A stretch of DNA of 64,000 bases from Candidatus Liptonbacteria bacterium (GCA_016204385.1 JACQKW010000015.1:29882-93881); one strand, 5' to 3'; positions 17,355 through 26,524 are shown, numbered from the stretch's first letter. The notes: generated by a model not told the origin, from the sequence alone. Made by a program: numbers and translations.

Positions 17355-18893
17355 CTACTTTGTCAACAACTTTTCAAAAATTGCCCTAAGCGTCTCCGGA
17401 TTCCCTCTTCCGCGGAGCTTCCCCATCGCCTTGCCGATTAAAAACTGGATGCTCGCGGTTTTTCCTTTTTTGTAATCGGCAACGGCCTGTGGGTTTTCTG
17501 CAATCACTTCTCGAACCATTCGTTTAAGCTCAACTATGTCCGAGATTATATATATTCCCTTGGCATTGAAAATATCTTCGGGATCTTCTCCGGTCTTAAA
17601 CATTCTTAGAAGAATATCCTGTCTCTTTTGTCTACCGGTTTCCTTACTGTCATCTACAGCACCAATCTCAATCAAAAATGAGAAATGTGCTAAATGCTCT
17701 GGAGTAATCTTTCCCTCTTCTCCGGCTTGATTCCTTAATCCTTGTAATTCGTTGACTAAGAATTTGAAAGCGCGGTCTCTAACGTTGGAAAGGAAATTTT
17801 TAATCTCTCTAAACTTCTTTCCATGGTGTTCATTCCCGGGAACATCGACGACCTCATCGCAAAACTTCCTGATTTCGCTATCCATCTCTTCGAAAAACTC
17901 GGCAACTGCTTTACCCCCGACAAGCGCATCCGCCTGCTCCTCGGTCAAATGAAATTCCTTCACAAACCTCGCGCGCTTTTCGCGCGGGAGCTCCGGGAGT
18001 GAATTCTTGAGTTCCTCGAGATTAAAAACCTTCGTCTCAAACGGCGGCAGGTCCGGCTCGGGAAAATAGCGGTAGTCGTGCGCTTCTTCTTTAGAACGCT
18101 GGCTGAAAGTAATTCTCTTCGCGTCGTTCCATCCGCGCGTCTCCTGCGTAACCTTCCCGCGGGAACTAAGCACCTCTTCCTGCCGCTTGATTTCATAATC
18201 AATCGCTTCTTTCACTGATTTAAATGAGTTTAGGTTTTTGACCTCGACTTTCGTGCCTTGTTTCCAATTGCCGCGCACCCACTCGCCCAAGCTCACGTTC
18301 GCCTCGACGCGCATCTGCCCTTTTTCCATATCCGCATCCGAAACCTCGAGGTAGCGGAGAAGCTGCTGAAGGTATTTCCCGAACTCGACTGCCTCTTCGC
18401 CGCTCTTAAAATCCGGTTCCGTCACGAGCTCCATCAAAGGCACCCCCGCGCGGTTAAAATCCACCAAACTCGCTTCGTTTTTCGTCTCTCCGGTCGTGTC
18501 GTGAAGCAGGCGCCCCGTGTCCTCTTCAAGATGGATTCTCCGCAGGCGGATCTTCACTTTCGTTTTGGCAAGTTCCACCGTCCCGCCCGAGACGAGCGGC
18601 TGGTCGTACTGCGAGATTTGGTAGCCCTTCGGCAAATCGGGATAAAAGTAATTCTTGCGGTCGAATTTTGTGGCTGCCGCGATCGTGGCGCCCATCGCAA
18701 GGCCGACTTTGATCACCGCCTCAACCGCCCTTTGGTTGATCGTGGGAAGCGTCCCGGGATGCCCAAGGCAGACAGGACAGACGTTCTGGTTCGGATATTT
18801 TTCCTCCGGGTCATTCAACGAATCGCAGAACATCTTAGTTCGCGTCTTTAACTCGACATGTACTTCGAGGCCAATCGTGGGAATATATTTCAT
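17355..18893 (-). CDS. gatB: Asp/Glu-tRNA amidotransferase subunit B
   Basis: IGLEVHVEL, RKNYFYPDLPKGYQISQ, DYRYFPEPDL. Confidence 0.97.
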   Translation of the reverse strand: MKYIPTIGLEVHVELKTRTKMFCDSLNDPEEKYPNQNVCPVCLGHPGTLPTINQRAVEAVIKVGLAMGATIAAATKFDRKNYFYPDLPKGYQISQYDQPLVSGGTVELAKTKVKIRLRRIHLEEDTGRLLHDTTGETKNEASLVDFNRAGVPLMELVTEPDFKSGEEAVEFGKYLQQLLRYLEVSDADMEKGQMRVEANVSLGEWVRGNWKQGTKVEVKNLNSFKSVKEAIDYEIKRQEEVLSSRGKVTQETRGWNDAKRITFSQRSKEEAHDYRYFPEPDLPPFETKVFNLEELKNSLPELPREKRARFVKEFHLTEEQADALVGGKAVAEFFEEMDSEIRKFCDEVVDVPGNEHHGKKFREIKNFLSNVRDRAFKFLVNELQGLRNQAGEEGKITPEHLAHFSFLIEIGAVDDSKETGRQKRQDILLRMFKTGEDPEDIFNAKGIYIISDIVELKRMVREVIAENPQAVADYKKGKTASIQFLIGKAMGKLRGRGNPETLRAIFEKLLTK

Positions 18894-19032
18894 GTCTTGA
18901 GTATCGATACCAATATACCTGCCCGACTTGCCTTCAGCAACTCGAAGGCAGGCGGGCTAATTGTATTAATCCTTCGATATACTCAGGATACAAAAGATAG
19001 TGAGCGAAGTCGAACTATAAAATACTAACGCC

Positions 19033-19626
19033 TTACGTGAAGAGAACGTCAACTCTCGCACGGACGTCCGTAAAAACTTTCTCAATCGGCCGCTCGCCGT
19101 CAATAACCACAACGTTTTCGTAGAGTTTCGCGAGTTTTTGATATGCCGTGTTCACGCGCGCAAGCTTCTCCTTTGCCTCAAACAATTCCTTCTCCCCGCC
19201 GCGTTTCTCGATGCGCGCGAGGCACGTCTCGGAACTTACTTCTAAAACAAACGTGCGGTCCGGCAACGGAAAATTGCTATTTAATTCTCGGAGCCACTCA
19301 AAATCGCACTCGAGCGAGCCGAACGCAATAGTCGAAAAAAAATAGCGGTCGGAGATAACTACCGCGCCGCGCGCGAGCGCGGGTAGAATGAGCAATTCGA
19401 GATGCTCTTTTCTGTCTTCTACAAAAAGCTCCTGTAATTCCCGCGCGCCGAGCTTGGATTCCCCGCGAAGCACCTTCCGGATTTCTACGCCGAATGTTCC
19501 TTCGGTCGGCTCCTTCGTGAGAACCACTTCCTTCCCCTGTGCCGTAAGATGTTCCGCAAGCAGTTTTGCCTGCGTGGACTGCCCGGACCCGTCCGGGCCC
19601 TCGAAGACGACGAAGGTGCCTTGCAT
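19033..19626 (-). CDS. tmk: Thymidylate kinase
   Basis: FEGPDGSGQST, TKEPT, SDRYFFS. Confidence 0.93.
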   Translation of the reverse strand: MQGTFVVFEGPDGSGQSTQAKLLAEHLTAQGKEVVLTKEPTEGTFGVEIRKVLRGESKLGARELQELFVEDRKEHLELLILPALARGAVVISDRYFFSTIAFGSLECDFEWLRELNSNFPLPDRTFVLEVSSETCLARIEKRGGEKELFEAKEKLARVNTAYQKLAKLYENVVVIDGERPIEKVFTDVRARVDVLFT

Positions 19627-19642
19627 CTATTCAATTATAGCA

Positions 19643-19682
19643 ATGAAAATCCCCTGCACGAACCGAAACCCGTGCAGGGGAT
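19643..19682 (-). terminator. Intrinsic terminator after second target-like gene
   Basis: 12-bp stem ATCCCCTGCACG/CGTGCAGGGGAT, then T-run; resembles 9003-9043. Confidence 0.7.
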
Positions 19683-19721
19683 GAAGTACCTGAAGCTACT
19701 TGTCCCGTTAGAGATAAATCT

Positions 19722-20375
19722 CTAACGGGACTTGCCTGCCTTGTCGACAGGCGGGCAGGCGACGAGCCACCGCCAAACGCCGCGCCGACTGATGCCAGCC
19801 CAGTCGAAGTCCGAGAGCCACCGCTCGCCGCCCACGTCGAGGTACGGGAAGAAGCGGTTGCCGTCCGGGCTCACCCAGGACAGATCGGCGAAACCGATAG
19901 GACCCTTGCCGTCAGGCTTCGGGTAGGCCTGGCGGAAAGCCTCCCGCCACTGTCCTTCGGGGATGACTCCGTGGGCCTTGAGGGCGCTTCTGACCGCGTC
20001 GAGATTCGGCTGGTAGCCGACTGCGACGAGCTTGAAGCGCCTGGTCTGCTTCCCTTGGGGTCTCGTTCCCTTGAACTGCCAGTCCTTGGGGTCGTAGCCG
20101 TCGCCTCGAACCATCTCCAGAGGGTCGACGCTGCCTGCGTCGAGCGAAAGCTCGAACTCGACGCCTACGTTGGGGATGGTTGGTCGAAGGGTGGTGACCG
20201 AAGCGCTACTGTAGCGCTTGAATGCGTCGCCCACTCCGGCAACCAAGGGGCTCTTGTTGCCGATGATTGCCTGGGCTTCGTCGAAGTTCAGGCTGGGCAT
20301 GGCCCCGACCATCGTTGCGATGATGTCGTTGCGCTGACCGTCGGTCATGCTGCGGACTGTCTCACGGTTTCCCAT
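19722..20375 (-). CDS. Second DGR-target-like protein (remote/orphan variable protein)
   Basis: C-terminus SWVSPDGNRFFPYLD...DFDW...WRWLVA parallels target 1 (SVWRNPHGYRTVAYL...LHW...YRFAAV); same promoter, leader and terminator layout. Confidence 0.7.
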   Translation of the reverse strand: MGNRETVRSMTDGQRNDIIATMVGAMPSLNFDEAQAIIGNKSPLVAGVGDAFKRYSSASVTTLRPTIPNVGVEFELSLDAGSVDPLEMVRGDGYDPKDWQFKGTRPQGKQTRRFKLVAVGYQPNLDAVRSALKAHGVIPEGQWREAFRQAYPKPDGKGPIGFADLSWVSPDGNRFFPYLDVGGERWLSDFDWAGISRRGVWRWLVACPPVDKAGKSR

Positions 20376-20567
20376 GAGCTGTTCCTCCTTTGCAGAGTGG
20401 CGCACTCCTTATCCCGCGGTATGCGAGACCTGGAGCCTGCCGTTTTAGCCACAGAACTTAGATTGGATCTTTCCAGCCTAAGTTCTATGGCTAATGCAAG
20501 ACCCGTGAGAGGCCTGCTCTCTAATGGGGCAAGTAGCTATACGCGTATGATTTCAAAGTGCGGGGGC

Positions 20568-20597
20568 ATTGTAGCATAGATGATGCCAATCTGTCAA
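20568..20597 (-). promoter_or_regulatory. Sigma70-type promoter of second target-like gene
   Basis: TTGACA-18 bp-TACAAT; 15 nt (gggcattgtagcata) identical to the target 1 promoter. Confidence 0.75.
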
Positions 20598-20644
20598 GCC
20601 CAGCAAACAAACTCGGCAAGCGGCACTCTAAAACTCTTTCCACA

Positions 20645-20688
20645 ACTCTTTCCACTATAAATGATTAATCTGTTATAATGGAAACAGT
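20645..20688. repeat. 44-bp palindrome copy 1 (imperfect), overlapping the TATAAT upstream of the PaaX-like gene
   Basis: 4 mismatches to the perfect copy at 49645-49688. Confidence 0.85.
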
Positions 20689-20691
20689 TCT

Positions 20692-21267
20692 ATGGCAACA
20701 AGAAGGCTTCTCACAAAAACAACGTTTACAAAGGATACGCTCCTCCGAATTGCCGCTATCGGTATCCTTACCATTGCCGCGGGAACGTCTCCATATTTCC
20801 TCCACCGGATTGTAAAAACCTATTTCAAAGATAAAGTAAGAAAAATGCAGCGAGCGAGAGCAAAGAAATTGCGCGAACTGGAACGGCGAAAATTGGTTCG
20901 TATCGAGGAATTGCCTGACGGAAAAGTGCGTATCGAACTTACTCACCGGGGGAAGCAACTCGTGCGGACATACGATTTAGAACACATGAAACTTACCGCT
21001 CCAAAGCGGTGGGACGGATCCTGGAAAGTTGTTATCTATGATATCCCTGCCTCGCAGAAAAAGGCAAGCAATGCCTTTCGTGAAAAATTAAAACAGCTGG
21101 GGCTGTTCCCCCTCCAAAGGAGCGTATGGATTTCGCCGTATGACTGCCTTCGCGAAATAGAATTCCTTGCAACGGTATTCGAGATCGACATGGACAAGTG
21201 CATTTGCTACTTCTCCACAAAAGACGTGCCGCGAGAAAAAGAGATGAGGAAGTTTTTCAATCTATAG
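20692..21267 (+). CDS. PaaX-like protein (winged helix + Cas2-like ferredoxin-fold domain)
   Basis: LTHRGK, WDGSWKVVIYDIP, LKQLGLFPLQRSVWISPY. Confidence 0.8.
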   Translation: MATRRLLTKTTFTKDTLLRIAAIGILTIAAGTSPYFLHRIVKTYFKDKVRKMQRARAKKLRELERRKLVRIEELPDGKVRIELTHRGKQLVRTYDLEHMKLTAPKRWDGSWKVVIYDIPASQKKASNAFREKLKQLGLFPLQRSVWISPYDCLREIEFLATVFEIDMDKCICYFSTKDVPREKEMRKFFNL

Positions 21268-21282
21268 TTTATCGCAGAACTG

Positions 21283-21326
21283 AATGTTTCCATTATAAAG
21301 GAATATTCCTTTATAATGGAAACATT
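21283..21326. repeat. 44-bp perfect palindrome copy 2
   Basis: aatgtttccattataaaggaat|attcctttataatggaaacatt. Confidence 0.9.
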
Positions 21327-21684
21327 TTTTGCTCAGTCGGGCTAAGAATTAATCCGCCATTTCCACGCCCATTCCGCCTCGCTCATCCACACTCGCTCCC
21401 TCATAACCCTCGGTTTTGAGTAATTTCCTATTCACCCCGACGTTACGTCAGGGCAGGCGGGAAAATCCTTCCGCCTTTTTCACACTCCCAACCAGAGGAG
21501 AAATTTCTATTTCGCAACCATAAGCGAAGGTTAGCAAGAAATATTCGAGCGAAGCGCAAATTTTTTGATCATAAATTTTTTGGTCGGAAAATCCTGAAAG
21601 GAGGAACGGGAACCAGAAAATTTATTCAAAAAATTAAGCGGAGTGAGCCGTATTTCTCTAACCGAAGCGGGTTCGAAAAAGAAA

Positions 21685-22110
21685 TTACGACTCTACCTCT
21701 ACTCCCATGCTTCGCGCCGTGCCGGCGATGATTTTCTCCGCCGCGTCGAGGTCGTTCGCGTTCAAGTCCGGCATCTTGCGCTCGGCGATTTTCTTCACAT
21801 CAGCTTTTGTAATCTTTCCCTTCTTTTCTTTAAGGGGATTCGCAGAACCTTTCTCGATTCCGGCCGCCTTCCGAATGAGATCGGACGCAGGCGGGGTTTT
21901 TAGCCGAAACGTAAAACTCCTGTCTTCAAAAATGGTGATCTCGGCCGGCACGATGTCGCCCGTCATATCCTTCGTCTTGTCGTTAAATTGTTTGCAGAAC
22001 TCCTGGATGTTTACGCCCTGCGGCCCCAACGCCGTGCCAATCGGCGGCGCGGGAGTCGCTTTTCCGGCTTCAATCTGGATTTTGATAATGGTTTTGATTT
22101 TCTTTGCCAT
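21685..22110 (-). CDS. rplK: 50S ribosomal protein L11
   Basis: [24 protein letters not shown]. Confidence 0.98.
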   Translation of the reverse strand: MAKKIKTIIKIQIEAGKATPAPPIGTALGPQGVNIQEFCKQFNDKTKDMTGDIVPAEITIFEDRSFTFRLKTPPASDLIRKAAGIEKGSANPLKEKKGKITKADVKKIAERKMPDLNANDLDAAEKIIAGTARSMGVEVES

Positions 22111-22178
22111 GATCTTAGTACTTAGTCGTTAGGACTTAGGGATTAGTTTTCTAAATTCTAAGTTCTAAGTTCTAATCA

Positions 22179-22760
22179 CTAAACTTTCTTCACCTGCAGC
22201 GAATCGAGTTCCACCGCCGTGTCCCGCCCGAAGACCGGCACCATCACTTTTACCTTCCCCTTTTCCTGGTCAACTTCCGCCACTTTGCCGTCGTAGTCCT
22301 TAAACGGCCCGTCGGTAATCTTCACGAGATCGTCCACGCGGAGATCCACTTGAAACTTGCTCTCATCCTGCCCGAGCCGCGCGAGAAGCGATTCGACCTC
22401 CTCTTTGGAGAGCGGCGTGGGCTTGGTGTTGTCCGCGCCCACGAAGCCGGTAACCCGAGGAGTGTTCCGCACCACGTACCATGAGTCGTCCGTGAGTATC
22501 ATCTCGACAAGCACATAGCCGGGATACGTTTTCTCCTCGATCGTCTGCCGTTTCCCTCCCTTTATCCTGATCCGCTTCTCTTTTGGCACAATGACGTTGA
22601 AGATCTTGTCGCCGATCGCAAGAGACTCCACGCGCTGTTTTAAGTAGCGCGCGACCGCCTCTTCGTATCCCGAATAGGTGTGCACCGCGTACCATTGCCG
22701 CGAGGCGTGCATTCCTTCCTGCGCCTGTTTTTGTTTCGGTGACGTCTTCATGGTGGTCAT
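22179..22760 (-). CDS. nusG: Transcription factor NusG
   Basis: WYAVHTYSGYE, YPGYVLV, VRNTPRVTGF, KOW motif. Confidence 0.97.
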   Translation of the reverse strand: MTTMKTSPKQKQAQEGMHASRQWYAVHTYSGYEEAVARYLKQRVESLAIGDKIFNVIVPKEKRIRIKGGKRQTIEEKTYPGYVLVEMILTDDSWYVVRNTPRVTGFVGADNTKPTPLSKEEVESLLARLGQDESKFQVDLRVDDLVKITDGPFKDYDGKVAEVDQEKGKVKVMVPVFGRDTAVELDSLQVKKV

Positions 22761-22948
22761 GCGCCGATCACAAATACCCGAAGCAGCGTCACAAAGAAAA
22801 AATCGAATGCGCCAAGAAGCACCGCAAATAAGATCGAGAGTCCGATAACCACTCCCGTGAGATAGGTTGCTTCTTTCCTCGTCGGCCAGTTTACGTGCTT
22901 AAACTCCTGCCGAGCTTCGTTAAAAAACGTTCTCACGCGATCGAGCAT
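22757..22948 (-). CDS. secE: Preprotein translocase SecE
   Basis: EFKHVNWPTRKE + single TM, upstream of nusG. Confidence 0.93.
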   Translation of the reverse strand: MLDRVRTFFNEARQEFKHVNWPTRKEATYLTGVVIGLSILFAVLLGAFDFFFVTLLRVFVIGA

Positions 22949-23080
22949 GCTAATTTTATACGATGCGGAGCGAGTTTATAAAATCATGCACCGAGCACAT
23001 AAGGCGTTATGTGCTCGGTAAAGGTTTTGCGGCTAAAACCCTGCCCCGTTCTCGTGCATAGAATTTTTAGGCAAAACCCT

Positions 23081-25093
23081 TTATATGTCAAGGTGTTTCA
23101 CGCTTCCGGCGTGCGCCTGAATGAACTGGCGCCGCGGCACGACCTCGTCTCCCATGAGGATACGGAAGAGCCGGTCGGCCTCTGCCGCATCATCCACAAC
23201 CACTTGCTTTAAGACGCGCTTCTCGTGATTCATCGTCGTCTCCCAAAGCTGTTCCGGGTTCATTTCCCCCAAGCCCTTATATCGCTGGATAAGCGGCGCG
23301 GACGCTCCTTTAAATCCCTTCACGACGCGATCCTTCTCGTGGTCGTTATATGCATAGTGCGCTTCTTTCCCCTGCTGAATGCGGTAGAGCGGCGGCTGGG
23401 CGATGTAAAGGTATCCCTGCTCGATGATTTTCGGGAAATATCGGTAGAAAAGCGTAAGAAGCAGGGTGCGGATGTGGGCGCCGTCAACGTCCGCGTCGGT
23501 CATGATGATAATTTTGTGGTAGCGGATCCCCTCGATATTAAACTCATCGGCAATGGCAGTGCCGATCGCCACGACCAGGTTCCTTATTTCCTGGTTCGCA
23601 AGCATCTTGTCGAGGCGCGCTTTTTCTACGTTCAGAATTTTACCGCGGAGCGGGAGTATCGCCTGCGTGCGGCGGTCGCGCCCCTGTTTTGCACTCCCCC
23701 CCGCACTGTCGCCTTCGACGATAAAGAGTTCCGATTCCGCGGGGCTGCGCGAGGTGCAGTCTGCGAGCTTCCCCGGAAGCGTGAGCCCGTTTAACGCGCC
23801 TTTCCGGAGCACGGTATCCTTCGCCGCCTTGGCGGCGCGGCGTGCCTTTGCGGCAAGCAATACCTTCTCGATAATCCGACGCGCTTCGTGCGGGCGTTTC
23901 TCGAAAAACTCCTTGAGCCCCTCGTTCACCACGGTTTCAACCGCAGTACGCGCCTCGGGGCTCCCGAGGCGGGCTTTGGTCTGTCCTTCAAACTGGGGCT
24001 CGCGAAGCTTTACTGACACGATGGAAAGAAGCCCTTCGCGCGCATCCTCACTCGTGAGGTTTTCGTCTTTTTCCTTGAGATACCCTTCCTGCCGCGCATA
24101 GGTGTTCAAAGACCTCGTAAGCGCCGAGCGGAATCCGGTAAGGTGCATCCCTCCGTCCGGCGTATGGATGTTGTTCGCAAAACTAAGCTCTTTTGTTTCA
24201 AGGTCGTCCACATACAGCATCGTCGCTTCCACTTCCACGTTTTCCTGTTCCTTGTGAACGTAGAACGGTTCGCCTTGAAGCAATTTTTCGCCTCTCCCGA
24301 GATGCGTTACGAACGACAAAAGCCCGCCCTCAAAATAAAAACCGTACGCGGCGGGGGGCGACGTGCGGGAATCGAAGAAATAGATTCTCACGCCTTTAGT
24401 GAGGTATGCTTGCTGCCGCAATCGCTCCAAAATGCGCTTGGCGTCGAATTCGATCTTCAAAAAAATCTGCGGGTCGGGAGAAAATATCACTTTCGTGCCG
24501 GTGTTCCTGCACGTTCCTATTTTTTTCACCTTCGCCTCCGGTTTTCCCCGCACATACTCCTGCATAGAGAGCTCGCCTCCGCGGCACACCTCAACCCTGA
24601 GCCATTCGGAGAGCGCGTTCGTGACCGAGACGCCCACGCCGTGGAGCCCGCCGGCAACTTTGTACGATTCTCCTCCAAATTTTCCTCCGGCGTGAAGCGT
24701 GGTCAGCACGGTTTCAAGCGCGGACTTCTTGGTCTGCGGATGGACGTCAACCGGAATTCCCCGGCCGTCGTCGGTCACGCTCACGCGGTTTTTGGGAAGC
24801 AACTCGACAATAATGTTCTTTGCAAACCCCGCCATCGCCTCGTCGATCGAGTTGTCCACCACCTCCCATACCAAATGATGGATGCCGTCGGGCCCCGTCG
24901 AGCCGATATACATCCCCGGCCGCTTGCGTACCGGTTCTAACCCTTCAAGAACGTAAATATCCTTCGCGTCATACGAAACGTGATTTGCGTTTGCAGGAGG
25001 AGTCCCGTGCGGCTGCAAATTCTTTTCTTTTGATTTTCTCTGCATGTACCTGCGTTGCTCAATTAAAACGGCGCCACCCTTGGCACGCCTCAC
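23081..25093 (-). CDS. gyrB: DNA gyrase subunit B (start uncertain, could be 25045)
   Basis: LEPVRKRPGMYIG, EGDSAGGSAK, TDADVDG, QRYKGLGEM. Confidence 0.95.
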   Translation of the reverse strand: MRRAKGGAVLIEQRRYMQRKSKEKNLQPHGTPPANANHVSYDAKDIYVLEGLEPVRKRPGMYIGSTGPDGIHHLVWEVVDNSIDEAMAGFAKNIIVELLPKNRVSVTDDGRGIPVDVHPQTKKSALETVLTTLHAGGKFGGESYKVAGGLHGVGVSVTNALSEWLRVEVCRGGELSMQEYVRGKPEAKVKKIGTCRNTGTKVIFSPDPQIFLKIEFDAKRILERLRQQAYLTKGVRIYFFDSRTSPPAAYGFYFEGGLLSFVTHLGRGEKLLQGEPFYVHKEQENVEVEATMLYVDDLETKELSFANNIHTPDGGMHLTGFRSALTRSLNTYARQEGYLKEKDENLTSEDAREGLLSIVSVKLREPQFEGQTKARLGSPEARTAVETVVNEGLKEFFEKRPHEARRIIEKVLLAAKARRAAKAAKDTVLRKGALNGLTLPGKLADCTSRSPAESELFIVEGDSAGGSAKQGRDRRTQAILPLRGKILNVEKARLDKMLANQEIRNLVVAIGTAIADEFNIEGIRYHKIIIMTDADVDGAHIRTLLLTLFYRYFPKIIEQGYLYIAQPPLYRIQQGKEAHYAYNDHEKDRVVKGFKGASAPLIQRYKGLGEMNPEQLWETTMNHEKRVLKQVVVDDAAEADRLFRILMGDEVVPRRQFIQAHAGSVKHLDI

Positions 25094-25497
25094 CTTCTAT
25101 AATTTTAGCATGAAATCTCTTTGTTTTCAAATTCACACGGCCCAGAAACGCAGCAATGTTTCAAGAAAAAACCGCTGCGGTTGAGGGCAGCGGCGGACCC
25201 AGGGGGATGAGTGCAGGCACGATAAGCGATGGCTCAACTGGCGCCGTGTTCGGTAGAACTGTCTACCTACTGTTGCCTCGCGAAGAGGCGATGCGCGATT
25301 GAGGTGTCGCCGACCATGCCCTCGGGGTAGAACTACCGGTGAGTGGTACCCTCTCTTGCCCTGTTTTTCACAAGGCCCTCCCTTGGGGAGAAGACGGGTT
25401 TCGCCGAGTAGCCACTAACTATAAGTATACGCTAAAATGGACGCCTTACAACCGCGAGTTGTGGAAAACTCGGAAATAACAGCGGAAATTCGAGTAA

Positions 25498-25563
25498 ACC
25501 TCCACACCTAATTGAGATCACAGAGGGTTGTGAGGTTTTACAATCTCAATTAGGTGTGGGGGT
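25498..25563. repeat. ACCCCCACACC-type inverted repeat
   Basis: 21-bp arms 25498-25518/25543-25563; related copy at 53708-53737. Confidence 0.75.
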
Positions 25564-25826
25564 AAAGTATGGCCTTAAATTCTTGCGCAATGCCAGTTTC
25601 TTGATATGGTCCAGGTTATTTCCCAACTGGCGGTGAGGGTGGGCGCTTCGCTATTCGAACGCGTTCGCTGCGCTCACTTTTAAAAACCTCTCGGTTTTTA
25701 ACTCGTCCCGCCTCGGCGGGACTTTTTCCTACACTGGAAACTCCCGTTTCCCGACCCCTTCCCGTTCGAATCCCACATCTATAAGATGGTTTTTGTAACG
25801 CCAACAGGCGTCCCAAAAACCATTTG

Positions 25827-25915
25827 CGGAGGCGAGAGGATTCGAACCTCTGTGGCGTTTTTTAGACGCCGACGGTTTAGCAAACCGTTGCCTTAAACCA
25901 CTCGGCCACGCCTCC
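25827..25915 (-). tRNA. tRNA-Ser(GCT)
   Basis: GGAGGCG/CGCCTCC acceptor stem, ACGGT-TTGCTAA-ACCGT anticodon arm, long variable arm, GTTCGAAT. Confidence 0.95.
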
Positions 25916-26041
25916 TTTACTAAAATAGGGTAACGAATCAGCCCGACGGAATCAAGCGGAGTGCATAACCCGCGTTGACACATGAGTGCCCGGGACGTAG
26001 AGTAAAAATAGAAGTCCTTCCCAACCGAATCGGAGGTGCCG

Positions 26042-26197
26042 ATGACCAAAAAGGAAGCGGTAAAGAAAATCATGGAGGGGACGTCGAGGCAGGTGAAATT
26101 GCCTCCCGTCCGCCCTCACGGCATACCGCTTACCAAGGAAATCGCACTCGCCGCCGCGGCATCGCGCCGCAGAAACGGCAACCCCCTCAAGCGCTAA
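26042..26197 (+). CDS. 51-aa basic small protein (below the ORF-track cutoff)
   Basis: TTGACA-17-TAGAGT promoter at 25975, GGAGG SD, terminator at 26226-26257. Confidence 0.55.
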   Translation: MTKKEAVKKIMEGTSRQVKLPPVRPHGIPLTKEIALAAAASRRRNGNPLKR

Positions 26198-26524
26198 GCA
26201 ATCGAATCCACGAATTTTTTCTCGGCATCCTGCCCATCATCGGCAGGATGTTTTTTTAACCCCAAACCAAACCGAGCGTGACGCTCTTCGCGCTGCCGCG
26301 TGGAGCAAAGCAAATAAGTACTCGGTTTGGCACAGGGGTTTTGACCCCGCACCGAGCCGAGCACTGCAAGACCCTCACGTTTTCTTTTGGATGACGCCGT
26401 CTATTCACAAGCGATGAATTTTAAGCAAAAGCAGCGGCTGTCACAAGGTCTTGAGAAAAGCAAAGTGCTCGGTCTGGTGACGGGGTTTTGACTTTTCATA
26501 TCTCAACCGCTAACGTGTAGAGAC

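Noticed and set aside
19760..19885. Second gene as a current target of TR 8610-8744
   Set aside because: Many non-adenine mismatches and different length; only short blocks match
20692..21267. CRISPR-Cas locus (cas2)
   Set aside because: Cas2-like domain is in a PaaX-type architecture; no cas1 and no repeat-spacer array seen anywhere in the window
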